Assembly: GCF_000143415.4 (NCBI RefSeq)
Contig: NW_003314285.1
Span: 833,370-897,369 of the forward strand
Reading direction: 5' to 3'
DNA from: Selaginella moellendorffii
Lineage: Eukaryota; Plantae; Lycopodiophyta
Length of the DNA: 64,000 nucleotides
Shown here one piece after another: positions 1-19,335 of the stretch. Below the pieces are notes generated by a model. That model was not told the DNA's origin. It did no database searches and saw only the letters and a program-made list of their open reading frames with translations. The stretch's first letter is position 1, and the number at the start of each line of letters is the position of its first letter. The position numbers were made by a program, and so were the translations under genes.

Positions 1-1234
1 AGATGATCCCGTGAAGAGCTCGGCCAGTGGAGAAATCTTCCAGAGCTGTGCAAGCATCGATCGTGGACACGAAAGTTATGGCGTCGGATGGGACTCCTTG
101 GAGCTGCATGGTCCGGAAGAGCAGCAGAGCGTCCGAGAAGTCGTGGTTTTGGACGAGAGCTGCGATAATCGCGTTCCAAACTACCGGATTTCTTTCATGG
201 CAATGGAAGTTCTCGTGGAAGATGTCTCGAGCATGCGCGACGCTTCCACACTTCGCAAACATGGTGACGAGAGAAGTGGCGAGCACGGCGTCGTAGATCA
301 AAGTTCTTCCACCTCCGAGCTCGCGCGCACAGCGATGGAGGAGCTCTCCATCGCGCAGCGGCGATGGAGCGGCCAGTCCAGACGCGAGGTTGACGAAGGT
401 GGTGGCGTCGGCTTTGATCCCTTCGAGCATCATCGCGTGAAACATTGCCAGAGGATGGAGACGATCGAGCTGAGAGTGCGCAGAGATCATCACGTTCCAG
501 CTCACGACGTTCTTGCTTTGGATCCTTGCGAAGGCCAGCCGAGCTCGATCGAGATCCCGGCAGCGAGCATACATGTTTACGATCGAGTTCCCGACCGCCA
601 CCGAGCTCTCGTCCATCGCGCTCTCCATCGCCAGAGAATGGACCGCCCTCGCGTCTGTGGAGCTCTCCTGGAAGATCGAGAGCACCGCGACGAGCGTGAT
701 GGCGTTTGGATGGATCCCGTCCAGCTGCATCCTCCGGAAGAGATCCAGGGCTTCGTGGGATCGATTGGAGTGAGAGGTGGCCGTGATGATCGCGTTCCAG
801 GCGATGAGATCCTTGCGAGCGATGGCCGTGAAGGCGGCCTTTGCGCGATCAAGGCTGCCGGATCTGGCGAAAGTGGTGAGGAGCGCGGTGCCAAGGACGG
901 AGTCTCGGTGAAGGCCCAGATCGATGATCCACTGGTGGATGCGATCGCCCAGGTGGATGGAGTGGAGAGCCGTGCAGGCTGAGAGGATCTCGACGAGGGT
1001 GATGCGATTGGGGGGGATTCCATCGGCTTGCATTTGCCGCAAGAGGGTGAATGCTGCAGAGGGGTCGTTGCTGCGAGCGTAGGCTCCGATGAGGGCCGTG
1101 TACATTGCGACTGTGGTGGATGAGGGCAGGGGCTGTGCGGCGTGGCGAGTGAGGAGGATGTGGCGGGCCTGAGAGAGGTGGCCGCAGCGAAGGTGGGATT
1201 CGAATGTGAATGCCGGCCATGGCAGCTTTGGCAT
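1..1234 (-). CDS. PLS-class pentatricopeptide repeat protein, 5' part (runs off the left edge)
   Basis: Hand translation from ATG 1234 gives MPKLPWPAF...MYTALIGAYARSNDPSAAFTLLRQMQADGIPPNRITLVEILSAC...LGTALLTTFARSGSLDRAKAAFTAIARKDLIAWNAII, which are P/L/S repeats. Intronless where read. Absent from the ORF track because there is no stop within the window. Confidence 0.9.
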   Translation of the reverse strand, partial: MPKLPWPAFTFESHLRCGHLSQARHILLTRHAAQPLPSSTTVAMYTALIGAYARSNDPSAAFTLLRQMQADGIPPNRITLVEILSACTALHSIHLGDRIHQWIIDLGLHRDSVLGTALLTTFARSGSLDRAKAAFTAIARKDLIAWNAIITATSHSNRSHEALDLFRRMQLDGIHPNAITLVAVLSIFQESSTDARAVHSLAMESAMDESSVAVGNSIVNMYARCRDLDRARLAFARIQSKNVVSWNVMISAHSQLDRLHPLAMFHAMMLEGIKADATTFVNLASGLAAPSPLRDGELLHRCARELGGGRTLIYDAVLATSLVTMFAKCGSVAHARDIFHENFHCHERNPVVWNAIIAALVQNHDFSDALLLFRTMQLQGVPSDAITFVSTIDACTALEDFSTGRALHGII

Positions 1235-2608
1235 TTTGTTGTCGCTGCTTTCATCTTTTCAAGTCATCCATCTGCTACTTCAACCTTAAGAAAAGGAAAC
1301 ACTTCAAATTAGTCCTATCTATCTATTTATCTGTAATGCTGTATTCATTGAGGCATTTGTTACGAGTGGATGTTAAAGTGATTTGTTAGTTTTTTATTCT
1401 TTCTATATTTACACTATATGTAGTTTCCATAAAATCTATTAAAATTATAAAGCAAGTATGAAGCAACTATCACATATATTAAAAACTTACAATTACGTAT
1501 TTACTACCATGATAAAGATGGTTGGTGAATGATTGAGCTGTATGTCTTTAAATGCAAAATATTAGATATTATCATATAGTTCAAAGTGTATTTATGAATA
1601 TTAAATAAATTATACCCACTAAAAATCAGATATCAATTACTTTGTAAAAAGATTTATTTTCATTTTGGTTTTTGCTTTTCTTAGTTATCACTGACTTGAA
1701 TTTGGGCTTAGAATTGTCCTTTGATAAGGCTGACCTGTGCAAGCGAGGAGGACTGATTCTATAGCAATGAAAAAGGAGGAGCAAAGAATTCGAATCACTG
1801 TATAGAGCAACTTCACAAGCTCTTTCCTACTGACGGCAGGACGATCCTTGTCTCTCCCGAATGTGTTACAGTACAAAGAATATTTACATTAGAAAGGGAC
1901 AAGGCACTGTTTTTCTCCTCTGAAGTGTTTCTCAAAAGACCATTGCCGCTCATTTGCTTTCTTCAAATTGCTGTAATTGGCGTACCTTGTCTGATGTTGT
2001 GATATAAAGCTGAGTGAGCAGTGAGCATTACGGCCATTAAGATGGCAACTCGCACTCGCCTTCGAAGAAAGAATCGACCTCGGTCACGCCTTGAGATAAC
2101 AGATCAAACTGGTGTTTCACCACTGCAAAAATTTTGAACTGGCATCTCCAGGCCATGATCCAAGAACATAAGCGTCCAAGACGACTGCACTAGAGACATG
2201 TTTAGTCAGTTGTTATGAGGCATACAAAAAACCCAAAACAGTAGAAGCTGACCAAGAACTTACGAAAGAAGAAGCACAAACAAGCATAGCAAGGAAGCAT
2301 TCAGGCTCTTCAATAAAAAAAGAAAGGCGACCATGGAAACAAACTTTAGAAACGAAAGAAAACAAAGAAGAGAAAGCTTACGGCGGATAGCAGCGAGCGC
2401 GAGGAGGTAAAAGAAACCGAGTCCAGTCCCGAAAGCAGAGTGAGAACCGGAAGTAGGAACACATCCTTCATCATCGCCTTCTCCCACCACCATCCCCATC
2501 GTCACCACGACCCCTTCCACGCCTTCTTCTCGCAAGTTCCCATCCGCATTGATCATATCCACCGCCCAGGGACTCTATCTCACTTGTAAGTTCGTCTTTA
2601 CTCTCTTC

Positions 2609-8193
<5,585 letters not shown>

Positions 8194-8197
8194 CGCT

Positions 8198-8230
8198 AAA
8201 CCCTAATCTCTCTGTTTCTATAAACCCTAA
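8198..8230. promoter_or_regulatory. two telo-boxes (AAACCCTAA) just upstream of NRPC1
   Basis: AAACCCTAA occurs at 8198 and 8222, next to the NRPC1 start codon. Telo-boxes are typical of plant translation and ribosome-biogenesis gene promoters. Confidence 0.55.
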
Positions 8231-8399
8231 AAGTCCACAAATTTAATTACAAATCATCCAGGTTTCCAAATGCAATACTTCTGTCCCTAGTTTCCTTCAC
8301 AAGGTAACAATTAAAAGTAAAGGATAATTGAATTTTCCGTGGTGAGAAGCGTCACCCTATAAGCGATAGAATTGGTTCTGTGGATTACACGTCGGGAAT

Positions 8400-8610
8400 G
8401 CGCTGGTCTAGGAGTTAGAGTTTATCAAAGCAAGAAGATGGTGGGTCTCGGCGTAATCTCGGGACAACGGCTGAGAAACGGGCACTCCGGCTGTTTAAGC
8501 TCATGCTGCTCCACGGAGTGAAGCCAAGTTTAACTCCATCGACCGGGCCGGCCAAGTTGGCGAGGCCGAGAATTTCGTAAAGACAATGCCCGTTCGGCTA
8601 GGCGCTCGCA
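8400..8610 (+). pseudogene. collapsed PPR gene remnant
   Basis: 8479 onward reads RALRLFKLMLLHGVKPS (P-motif helix B). In a different frame, 8541 onward reads DRAGQVGEAENFVKTMPVRL (S2/E1-like GRAG..EAE..IKTMP). The intervening repeats are missing. Confidence 0.7.
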
Positions 8611-8816
8611 TATTTTCTGGAACTTACGTAACACAGTCAACTGGCGTTTTTTTTATGAAACGAAGCACTATTGGAGTGAGCTAGATAAAAAGTTCCATAC
8701 CTCTTCTCGTAAAAAATATTGATCGGCCTTGTGTGAGCTACTTGTACAAAACTTACGAAGCAATCCCTCTTGCTCGCTTATTCTTCGGGTTGTGCAACAA
8801 TTTGAAAGGCGGATGG

Positions 8817-10473
<1,657 letters not shown>

Positions 10474-11052
10474 TTTGAGACCGTCCAGCGTCACGCACTG
10501 CAAGGCACTAGCTACTGCACCTGATCCCGAGTAAGAAATCCGTCACGACGAGCGCGAAATTTTACCTCTGCTCCCACAAACATCCCTGGATTACGCGATC
10601 GCGCAGAGAGGCAGCTCAAGATTTTCCCAGCGATCGAGAAATCTCCCAAGAACAGCGCCAGCGCCTCGCTACGACCTCCTCCCCATGGCCGTTCTTCCCA
10701 AACCCTACTGGCGAGAGCATATTCGCTTGGCCTAAAGCAATTTTGGCCGTTACAGGCATCCACGTGGCGTCCACGTCACTAACCTAGAAATTAAGCTAGT
10801 TCCAAAGGTATCGTGGCACACTTTAAAGCTCCATCCATGTGGACACTCTGGCAAACGTTGTACTGGACGAATTTTTTTCTTTGGTCATTTTCATTTCTTT
10901 CGCCACACACTTGGGCAATCAAAAACTCTTGCAAACGAACCAACGATCAAAAGAAGAGAAAGAAAAAGAAGAGAAAGAATCGATCAATTCCAATCGTGCT
11001 ATGGTACAATGCTGCCGCCGCCGCGATGCCCCTGGTTCTTCTTGCGAGATTT

Positions 11053-11405
11053 CTAGAAAAGATTGTAAGGGAAGGCGTCGAGCGGATGAATCAGGTATGT
11101 GAGGACGAGCGCCGCGAACATGAGCACGTACGCGATTCCTTGATCGATCGAGACCCCTGGAGACAATAGCCCGTTAGATTCGATCTACATTGCCCAGAAC
11201 CGCAAAGATCTAGCAAGAAAGAGCGAGAAAGAGGGCCGGGGAGAGGAAATCTTGCAAAAACGCCTAGGTTTTCGCGATTTCGCGATTTCTTACCGTCGCT
11301 CTGTGGCGCTGGCGCCGGCGCTGGAGATTCTTGAGCTATGGCGACCGATCCGAGCAGTAGTACCATCGCCGTGGCCAAGGCGGCGAGAAACCTCGACGCC
11401 TCCAT
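11053..11405 (-). CDS. arabinogalactan peptide (AGP16/20/22/41 family), GPI-anchored, 2 exons
   Basis: Signal peptide, then QESPAPAPAPQSDG, spliced to VSIDQGIAYVLMFAALVLTYLIHPLDAFPYNLF*, matching the family motif SDGxxIDQGIAY..LTYLIH. Confidence 0.92.
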
Positions 11406-11573
11406 CGCTAGACCAAAAGAATGAACGTTCTCTAAATTATCCCTGGCCTTTAGTATGAATGACGGCTAAATGTACAAAGGTTAAAATTACCTCGCTGTTG
11501 TGGCCGTTGGATCCGGATCACACCCAAATGATTGCTGGCCGTTGGATGAAGAACAGTATTTTACAGGTTTTAT

Positions 11574-14500
11574 TTACAAAAGTTTTGACGATGTCACTAG
11601 CAGTTCTTGGAGCTTCTTCGCGTTTAGTGGCTTGCTGATGTAGCCATCCATCCCAGCAGCGATGCAGCGATCGCCATCTCCAAACATTGCGTGAGCGGTC
11701 ATGGCGACGATGGGAGTGGAAGACATCCCTTTGTTCTTCTCCATCTCCCGGATCTTGGTGGTCGCTTGGAATCCATCGCAGATTGGCATTTGCACCTAGA
11801 GAGGTAGAAGATTAGAAGCTCGCCCTTGAAAGATCACGAGCAAAAGTTCTTACGTCCATCAGGATGAGATCAAACGTTTCTTGCGATGCTTTCTCGATTG
11901 CCTCGGCTCCATTGCACGCGATCACGGCCGAGTGACCCCACTTTCGAAGCAGTGATACGGCCACCCTTTGGTTGACGATGTTGTCCTCGGCTACTAAGAT
12001 CTTGAGACTTTTGTGTTCCTCCGGAGAAGCCTCTAGCTTAGCCTGGCCGAGAGAAGAACGATCGAACTTAAAAGGAGAGTGTAAGAAAATCGAGAAACGT
12101 ACTTGTTGCGAGTGCTCTATCCTTAGAGCATCATTCTTGTGAATTCCAATAGCAGCTTGTAGTGTACGAATCAGCAAAGCACGCTTGATCGGCTTTGATG
12201 TGTAGAGTTCCACGCCTAGATTCCGACACCTTCCACACGAGAAGAGTTTTTAGCTATTATTTCAGAAAATGAAAGTAAAAAACACTTACCTCTCACCGTC
12301 CGTGTGGTCGATCGAAGTAAGCATGATAATGGAAGGAACTTCTGTTGAGTCGACAAGCCGCGGCAGCTCCGAGGAGCCACTTTTCTCGAAGGCCCGCCTA
12401 TCGGTGTGGTGAGTTCCCGCTGGAAACTCCGGGTCGACTTCTTCGACTAGCATTTGGATTGTAGAAGAGCAGTTCCCAACGCTACCACCGCTTGACAAAA
12501 GCCTTTTGATCTCTTTGATCCGGCTTTTTCCTATCAGGCCCGGCCGCTCTTGCACGTAGTGAACTAGCTCTGCTGCTTTGCTTCCAGGCTGCCATAAATC
12601 CACCAGTAAGACTTGAAATGGTTTCGAGTGGGAAGCAAGTTGCAAGGCATGTTTTGCATCTTCAACGGTGAGACTTGTTTCGACGATCATTCCCCAAGCC
12701 TGGAGACATGTAAGCATCGTAAATACACTGCGCAAACAAAATTATCTAATTTACCTTGAGCATAGACACGAGGATTCCAAGGCTCGTGATGTGATCATCC
12801 ACGACCAAAGCTTTGATACCTTTCAAGCCATCGATCTTTGGAGACAAAGGAAGATCGCAAGAGGGTGGAATGTCAAAAGCAGCTGTGAAGTAAAATATGC
12901 TTCCTTTTCCTTCACTTTCCACCCACATTTTTCCTGCCATTGCCGCAGCAAGTTTGGAAGAGATAACTAAACCAAGTCCAGTCCCACCGTATAGCCTGCA
13001 GATAAAAAAATAAAAAGAAATAAAACTGAAAATATCGGTTTTACTACGGCAAAAACCACCTTGTTGTGGACGAGTCCACTTGTGAAAAAGCTTGAAACAA
13101 CAACGATTGCTTTGCCTTTGGAATGCCAACACCTATGGAGCAAGCAGTACATGAATGTAGAACTCGTACTCTTGAAACAATAGAGGCTCACCAGTGTCTT
13201 TCACAGCGAAAATAAGTTCAACTCTATCACGATAGATGTTGTGCACTTGAGCTGAAACCACAACTTCGCCTTTTTCAGTGAATTTGATACTATTACCTGT
13301 ATAGAACGAGAAAAACACCATTTGTAAAATAAAGAAAATGAAAAAAAAATATTTACCTATCAAGTTCACAAATATTTGGAACAACCTCCCAGGATCTCCA
13401 ATAAGTTGATCTGGAACGTCCAGGCCGGCCCTCCAAGCAATCTCAAGGCCTTTCTTATGTGCTCGAGCGGCCAGCACAGACACCGCATGCTCGAGCTGAT
13501 CGTACAAAGAGAATTGTATCTCCTCCATCTCCAGCTTTCCAGCTTCGATCTTGCTGAAGTCGAGAATATCAGTGATGATTCTCAACAAATGCTTTGCCGA
13601 AAATCTAACCTGTTAGAATCCCAAAAGGTTAGTAAGCAGCAAGCGAAAGGTATAAGAACATACGAGATCCAAATACTCCTGTTGCTCGAGAGACGTCCGT
13701 GTGTCTAAACAAAGCTCTGTGCAGTTGATGATACCGTTGAGAGGCGTTCGGATCTCATGAGACATGTTCGCCAGGAACTCGGACTTGGCCTTGTCCGCAG
13801 CAACGGCTGCATCTTTTGCCATTTGAAGCTCCACCTCAATTCGCTTGCGTTCGTCGATTTCCGAGGCAAGCTCGTCGTTTGCCCGTGCCAATGCTCTAGT
13901 TCTCTCGAACACCTGGAAACAGAAAGTCCATGTATCGAAAAGAGAGAGAGAGAGAGAGAGAGAAAGAAAAAAAAGAAAGAAGAGAAGTCAATGGTACCTT
14001 CTGTTCGAGTGTGGCATGGTGATTCGATATTTGGTCAGCCATGCTATTAAATATCACTTGTAGTTCATGGATCTCGTCACGAAACCAGACGCATCCAATG
14101 TTTACTCTCGCCCCCATGTCGCCTTCACCTAGAGCTGCCGCGACGCGTCCAAGCTCGATAATAGGAGAAGTAAATATCTTCAGCAATTGACAAACACGAA
14201 TGTTAACAAGGATTCTAGAGGAGAAAAACAAAAAGATACCTTTGCAACGCATAGAGAAGCTATAATCCCAAGTATTAGCGTTATGACGATCATAATGCTT
14301 ATCACAATCTTTATATTGTCAACGGGAGCGTAAGCTTCTCGCGTGTCTACTTTCGCAAGTAGCACTGTAAAACAAAACAGAGTATAAAAAAGAGGTGGTG
14401 GAACAAAGAAAAACAAACTTATACACTGACCCCAATTTGAGTATCCCATTGGAGTATAGGCACATATCACCTTCACTCCTCTGTAGTCACGTTGGTGGAG

Positions 14501-15636
14501 CACTCCGGATCGCTTTTGCATCGCAGCGTCTAACGCTGTTTTCCAAGGCAAGCTTGTGACTTGCGGATTCATGCGTGGAGGCATCACCAAATGAAAAGTT
14601 TTGTTGTTCATTGGAACCCCGACGAGCAGTTCTCCAGACTTTTGCAGCCCGATCCTTTCATAAATGAGATCCGCAAGAGTTGTCGCATTGATCCTTGCAA
14701 TCAGCATGCCAATCCGAGTGTCATTCTACACAAAGCCAAGCTGCAATCAAATGACAAATCACATTAAAAAACAAACTAGAGCACTCAAGAAACATGGAGC
14801 TCAAAAAGAAAAGTAAATGTGAGAGACGGGGTGAGAGACAAGTTCATAAAAGAAAACCACAGACAGGCGAGAAATCTAGGAAAAAGACGAAAGCTTACCA
14901 TGTAAATCCCTTTGGAAATATTATAGCTCCAGGTGTTGCCTTCAAGTATGGGGAGCTCGATGTGCACCGGACTTTTCATCTCGGGATTCTTAAACTGTAG
15001 TTTCTCCTCAAAAGTATCTTCAGTGGCAATCCGCAACTTTCCACTCGAATCGAAGATGGCAGCACTCTTAAATTCGGAAATCGCCGAGATAGCCGACCGA
15101 AGATCATACTCCGCAGTGGCTTTGGAAACCTCTGACCGGTTTGCCAAATAATTGATAATCTGTATCCTCGAAGAAATCAAGACCATCTTGTCAATTTCAC
15201 CGATGAAGTAGTCATCAACTTCCCCCCTTCTCAGAATCGATACGGCCACAAGACGCCTTTCAATCTCTTTCGAGAGCTGCTCTCGAGTCTTGAGCCATAA
15301 AACAGCAGCTAAAACTCCAGACGACAAAACAACCTGCGAAAAAACACCAAAGACTTTAGTCCGGAAGAGGAAAGAAAAAACGAACTCCTCTCAACAAGAG
15401 AAGCAACAGTGAAGTGATTGAAAGCTACTTACCAGAGTTCCAATGAAGACAGTGAGCTTAATCCAAATCGAAGACTTGAGACTCCTCCGTGGATAAGGAT
15501 TCCGACCCGAACTCCTGGGATTGATTGAGTCGAGCTCCATCTCAGTAGCAACCGCCGACATGAATCTCTTCCCTTTAGATCCCGTCCATAGGAACTTTCG
15601 GAAATTCCTCCTCAGCGTTAACAAGCAGAAAGCCAT
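11574..15636 (-). CDS. membrane hybrid histidine kinase: TM, Cache-like sensor, TM, HAMP, HisKA, HATPase, two receiver domains (multi-exon)
   Basis: H-box [22 protein letters not shown]-box [17 protein letters not shown]1 AVKDTG and G2 [15 protein letters not shown]-like [21 protein letters not shown]...[20 protein letters not shown]1 ALVVDD...LLVD...SKP and REC2 ILVAEDN...LILMDVQMP...MTAHAM...YISKP. Confidence 0.9.
13940..13985 (+). repeat. (AG)n microsatellite and purine tract in a histidine kinase intron
   Basis: agagagagagagagagagagagaaagaaaaaaaagaaagaagagaag. Confidence 0.85.
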
Positions 15637-16258
15637 TTTTGCCCTGCCAGAGTATCTCTCAGCATCCGGCAAGCACCATAGGAGCTGCTCGTTAAAGAGC
15701 TCGAAACCTCGTTCTTCTCCATCACAAGGCCGGAAGATCGATGAAAAAAAAACTCCGGAAAACTCCCACTTGCCAATTATCAAAGTATTAGATTGAACTC
15801 TTCCCAGCTACATGCCGCTGCGAGCTCCACAGTTTGATAGCCGAGGAACTGTGCCACCGACAACGACACCCTCGTTAGTTTCTCGCTTAGACCATTCTTT
15901 TGGTGAGAACGAAAGGAAAAAAACGATTAAAATGATATTTCTTTAGCATAGCGTGCTCCAATTATTGGAACTATGAACTTACCCGGTAATAATCGATCGA
16001 TCAGAGTGTGATCGTCGCAAGACAGCTATAGCGAGAGTGTAACTTTTCACAAGATCAAAGAGATCAAAGAGCCCTAGAAAACAAATGTTAAACCAGGATG
16101 GGCTACCAGAGATGGGTGCTCTCTAGCTAGAACTGGAAACTAAAGCCCTAACCACGTGGCAAATTCTAATTTCGCGCCAAAAGTCAAAATTATCCTTGTC
16201 GCTGTCCAATGGGTGTTAGTCTAACACAGATTTTCTTAGGGGGTTTTTAGGGTTCTTG

Positions 16259-18548
16259 ATGGCCGCGTGTGGCGCATTCGAGTTCCAGGCCATCGTGGAT
16301 CTCCCAAGGCGCCGGATTCACAGGTGAGAAGCCGATTCCCAATGTAGATCGATCTCTGCGGCTAAAATGCGCGCCCAGGCAGCGCCAGCTGACCAAGTGG
16401 CGATCCGGGAGCGCGGTTCGGGCTTCTTCCCAAGGTATGATCGCAATCTCAATCTCTCAATCTTGAATCGGGCTCTTCAGCGCAAGCGCAGTTCCATGAG
16501 GCATGCAAAAGGGGGAACCTGGTACCTCTGTTCCAGCGGATATTTTCGGATCACCTGACTCCTGTGCTAGCTTATCGATGCCTGGTCAAGGAAGATGACA
16601 GGGAAGCGCCTAGCTTCTTGTTTGAATCCGTGGAGCATACAAACGGTGTCAGCAACGTCGTAAGTTTGGATTCATTCTGGTGTCGTGTATCGGTTCTAAA
16701 GCCTGGATTTTTTTTTTCCCAGGGTCGCTACAGCATGGTAGGGGCGCAGCCTGCCATGGAAATTGTAGCTAAGGAAAATATGCTGACTATCATCAGCCAC
16801 GAGGATGGATACGAAAACGAAAGGATAGTCGACGATCCAATGAAAGAACCGGAAGAGATCACCTCAGACTGGAGCCCAGTGCCAGTCGATGGTCTTCCAA
16901 ATGTTTTCTGTGGTAAAGTTGCTAGCTATGTTTTGTGGAAGTCGGATTGACAGCGTTTTTCCAGGTGGCTGGGTCGGTTATTTCTCGTATGACACGGTGA
17001 GGTATTCCGAGAAGAAGAAGATTCCGTTTGCTAGTGCACCCTTGGACGACAGGGGATTACCTGATATGCACTTGGGCCTCTACAAAGACGTCATCGTATT
17101 CGATCATGTTACAAAGGTGAGCTTTGTTGCAATCTTCCACTTTAATTGCTTTTCTTTTCAGATTGCGTATGCAGTTCACTGGGTCGACATCCGGAGATAC
17201 GAGGATCCGAATACAGCTTTTCAGGACGGAAAGAAGCGATTGCAAGAACTTATCGATCGTGTTCAGAACACTGAAGTGTAAATATCCATCGTGTTAAGTG
17301 GTTGATGATCTCATCTTGATGTGTTAAAGGTTCTGATGCTCCTTTTCTAGGCCGAGGCTTTCCCACGGAAATGTGAACCTGTCGGTTGGGCATTATGGGA
17401 ATCGTGTCAACAAGTCGAATATGTCACTTGATCAGTTCAAGGGGGCCGTCTTAGCTGCTAAGGAGCACATACTTGCCGGTGACATATTCCAGATAGTATT
17501 GAGCCAGAGATTTGAGAGGAGAACCGCCGCGGATCCTTTTGAGGTTTATCGAGCGTTGCGAATTGTCAATCCAAGCCCCTACATGATTTATTTGCAGGTT
17601 CGTGTCCAACTTTACGCCAATTCAACGTGTTAACGTTCCGTGCAGGCAAGAGGCTCAATCCTGGTCGCATCAAGTCCCGAAATTCTCACACGCATCAAGC
17701 ATGTAAGTCGTGGACGCTTTTTTCTGGTGGTTTGTTCTTATTTGAGGACTTTGCAGGGCAAGGTCATCAACCGACCTCTTGCGGGAACTCGAAGGAGAGG
17801 AGTTTCGGACGAGGAGGATAAGAAACTGGAGGAAAGCTTGCTAAAGGATGAGAAGGAATGTGCCGAGCATGTGATGCTGGTCGACCTTGGACGAAACGAT
17901 GTCGGCAAGGTTCATATACTTTGCGTTGTTTTGTTTTCCTCCTGTTTTGATTTTAAAGTGCGCAGGTTTCCAAGGCAGGATCCGTGCAGGTTGAAAAGTT
18001 TATGGAAGTCGAGCGCTACTCACATGTGATGCACATCAGCTCTACGGTATTGTCTCATCCTCGCTCTTTTTATATTTTCCACTTTCTGAATGCTCAGGTG
18101 ACCGGAGAGTTACAAGAGGGACTCTCATCGTGGGACGCTCTTCGCGCAGCGCTACCGGTTGGAACAGTTAGCGGTGCTCCGAAGGTACTGATACTGGCAA
18201 ACTGTGCTCTAACGTGCACTTTGTTTTCACCATCAGGTGAGAGCCATGCAACTGATAGACGAGCTGGAACTTACTCGACGCGGGCCGTATAGTGGTGGCA
18301 TCGGCTCAATATCTTTCAATGGAGACATGGACGTAGCACTTGCTCTTCGCACGATGGTGTTTCCCACAAGGTCCCAGGACAAGAACGGTTCTTGGTTAGC
18401 TCATCTTCAAGCGGGGGCCGGCGTTGTCGCTGATAGCATTCCGGACGAGGAGTACAACGAGACGGTAAACAAAGCAGCGGGTTTGGGACGAGCAATCGAC
18501 CTTGCGGAGACAGCGTTTCCGGCCGAGAAGCTCATGGAGGTCTCATAA
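16259..18548 (+). CDS. ASA: anthranilate synthase alpha subunit, plastid-targeted (multi-exon)
   Basis: [114 protein letters not shown]. The first intron was inferred at 16324-16378. Confidence 0.95.
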
Positions 18549-19119
18549 AAGCTATGTTCTCTCTCTCCTTTTTCTAACTTCCAGTGCGATAATAGGACAA
18601 TGTCCTGGAGAAAAAATCAAACTTGGGGGTAAGCTTTTCCTTCGTCGTTTGTTCCTTTCACTTTTGGACTTTGTAGAGTGAAAGTCGAAAGCCATCGGAT
18701 TACTTTTGGAAGGTTCCTTCTTAAAACGCATCAAGCAACCGGCGCCGGAGAGAAACAAGCAAAAAAAAAACGCGAGAATCTCTTGTTTGAGGTGGACTGC
18801 ACTAAGAACAATCGCGTGATCATTGATCCGGACTTGTGGGATTTTAAAAAGGCGTGGCCTTCATTGGAAATGCTTTTCTATGTTTCGTGCGTGGATCGAT
18901 ATCGTTGTGTTGTACCAGTCGGGTTCACACTAGCCCAGTGCACACGGGGATATTCTCGGATAACAGCTTTAAATCTGTAGGATATTCTCCTCCAGACCTC
19001 ACAGAGATTCGTTACCAGTTATTCTTCCCGGATTTGATGAGAAAAATATTTGTTGTTTGTCATGATTTGGGGCGCTCGTACGGCAAGGCCGTTTCGACAC
19101 CGAAACATCCGTGGGGCTG

Positions 19120-19335
19120 TCTGACACGTGTCACCATCCTGGCGGTTTACAGGCCTGGAATGCCCAGCGCCTTGGTATTATGCCGCGCACGCGTTCGGGC
19201 GCGCAGACTCCCGTTAAGTGGTCGACACGTGGCAGGTCCCATGCCGTTGGATCTGCCAGATTTTAAATATCTCCGTCAGCTGACCTTGCCACCGTACGTG
19301 GCACTGTTAAGACCGTTCGATCCTGACACGTGGAC
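19120..19335. promoter_or_regulatory. cluster of four ABRE/G-box elements plus a CE3-like ACGCGT upstream of the TIFY8-like gene
   Basis: GACACGTGTC at 19123, ACGCGT at 19189, GACACGTGGC at 19224, TACGTGGC at 19295 and GACACGTGGA at 19325. Confidence 0.65.

Noticed and set aside
11-982. 323-aa + strand ORF (and similar antisense ORFs at 27598-29043 and 43444-45217)
   Set aside because: These are antisense shadows of GC-rich PPR coding sequence.
11574-15636. Bacterial contamination as the source of the histidine kinase
   Set aside because: The gene has many spliceosomal introns and is flanked by plant genes.
16324-16347. Apparent 24-nt micro-intron in anthranilate synthase
   Set aside because: It leads into the wrong frame. 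A normal 55-nt intron (16324-16378) gives the correct frame.
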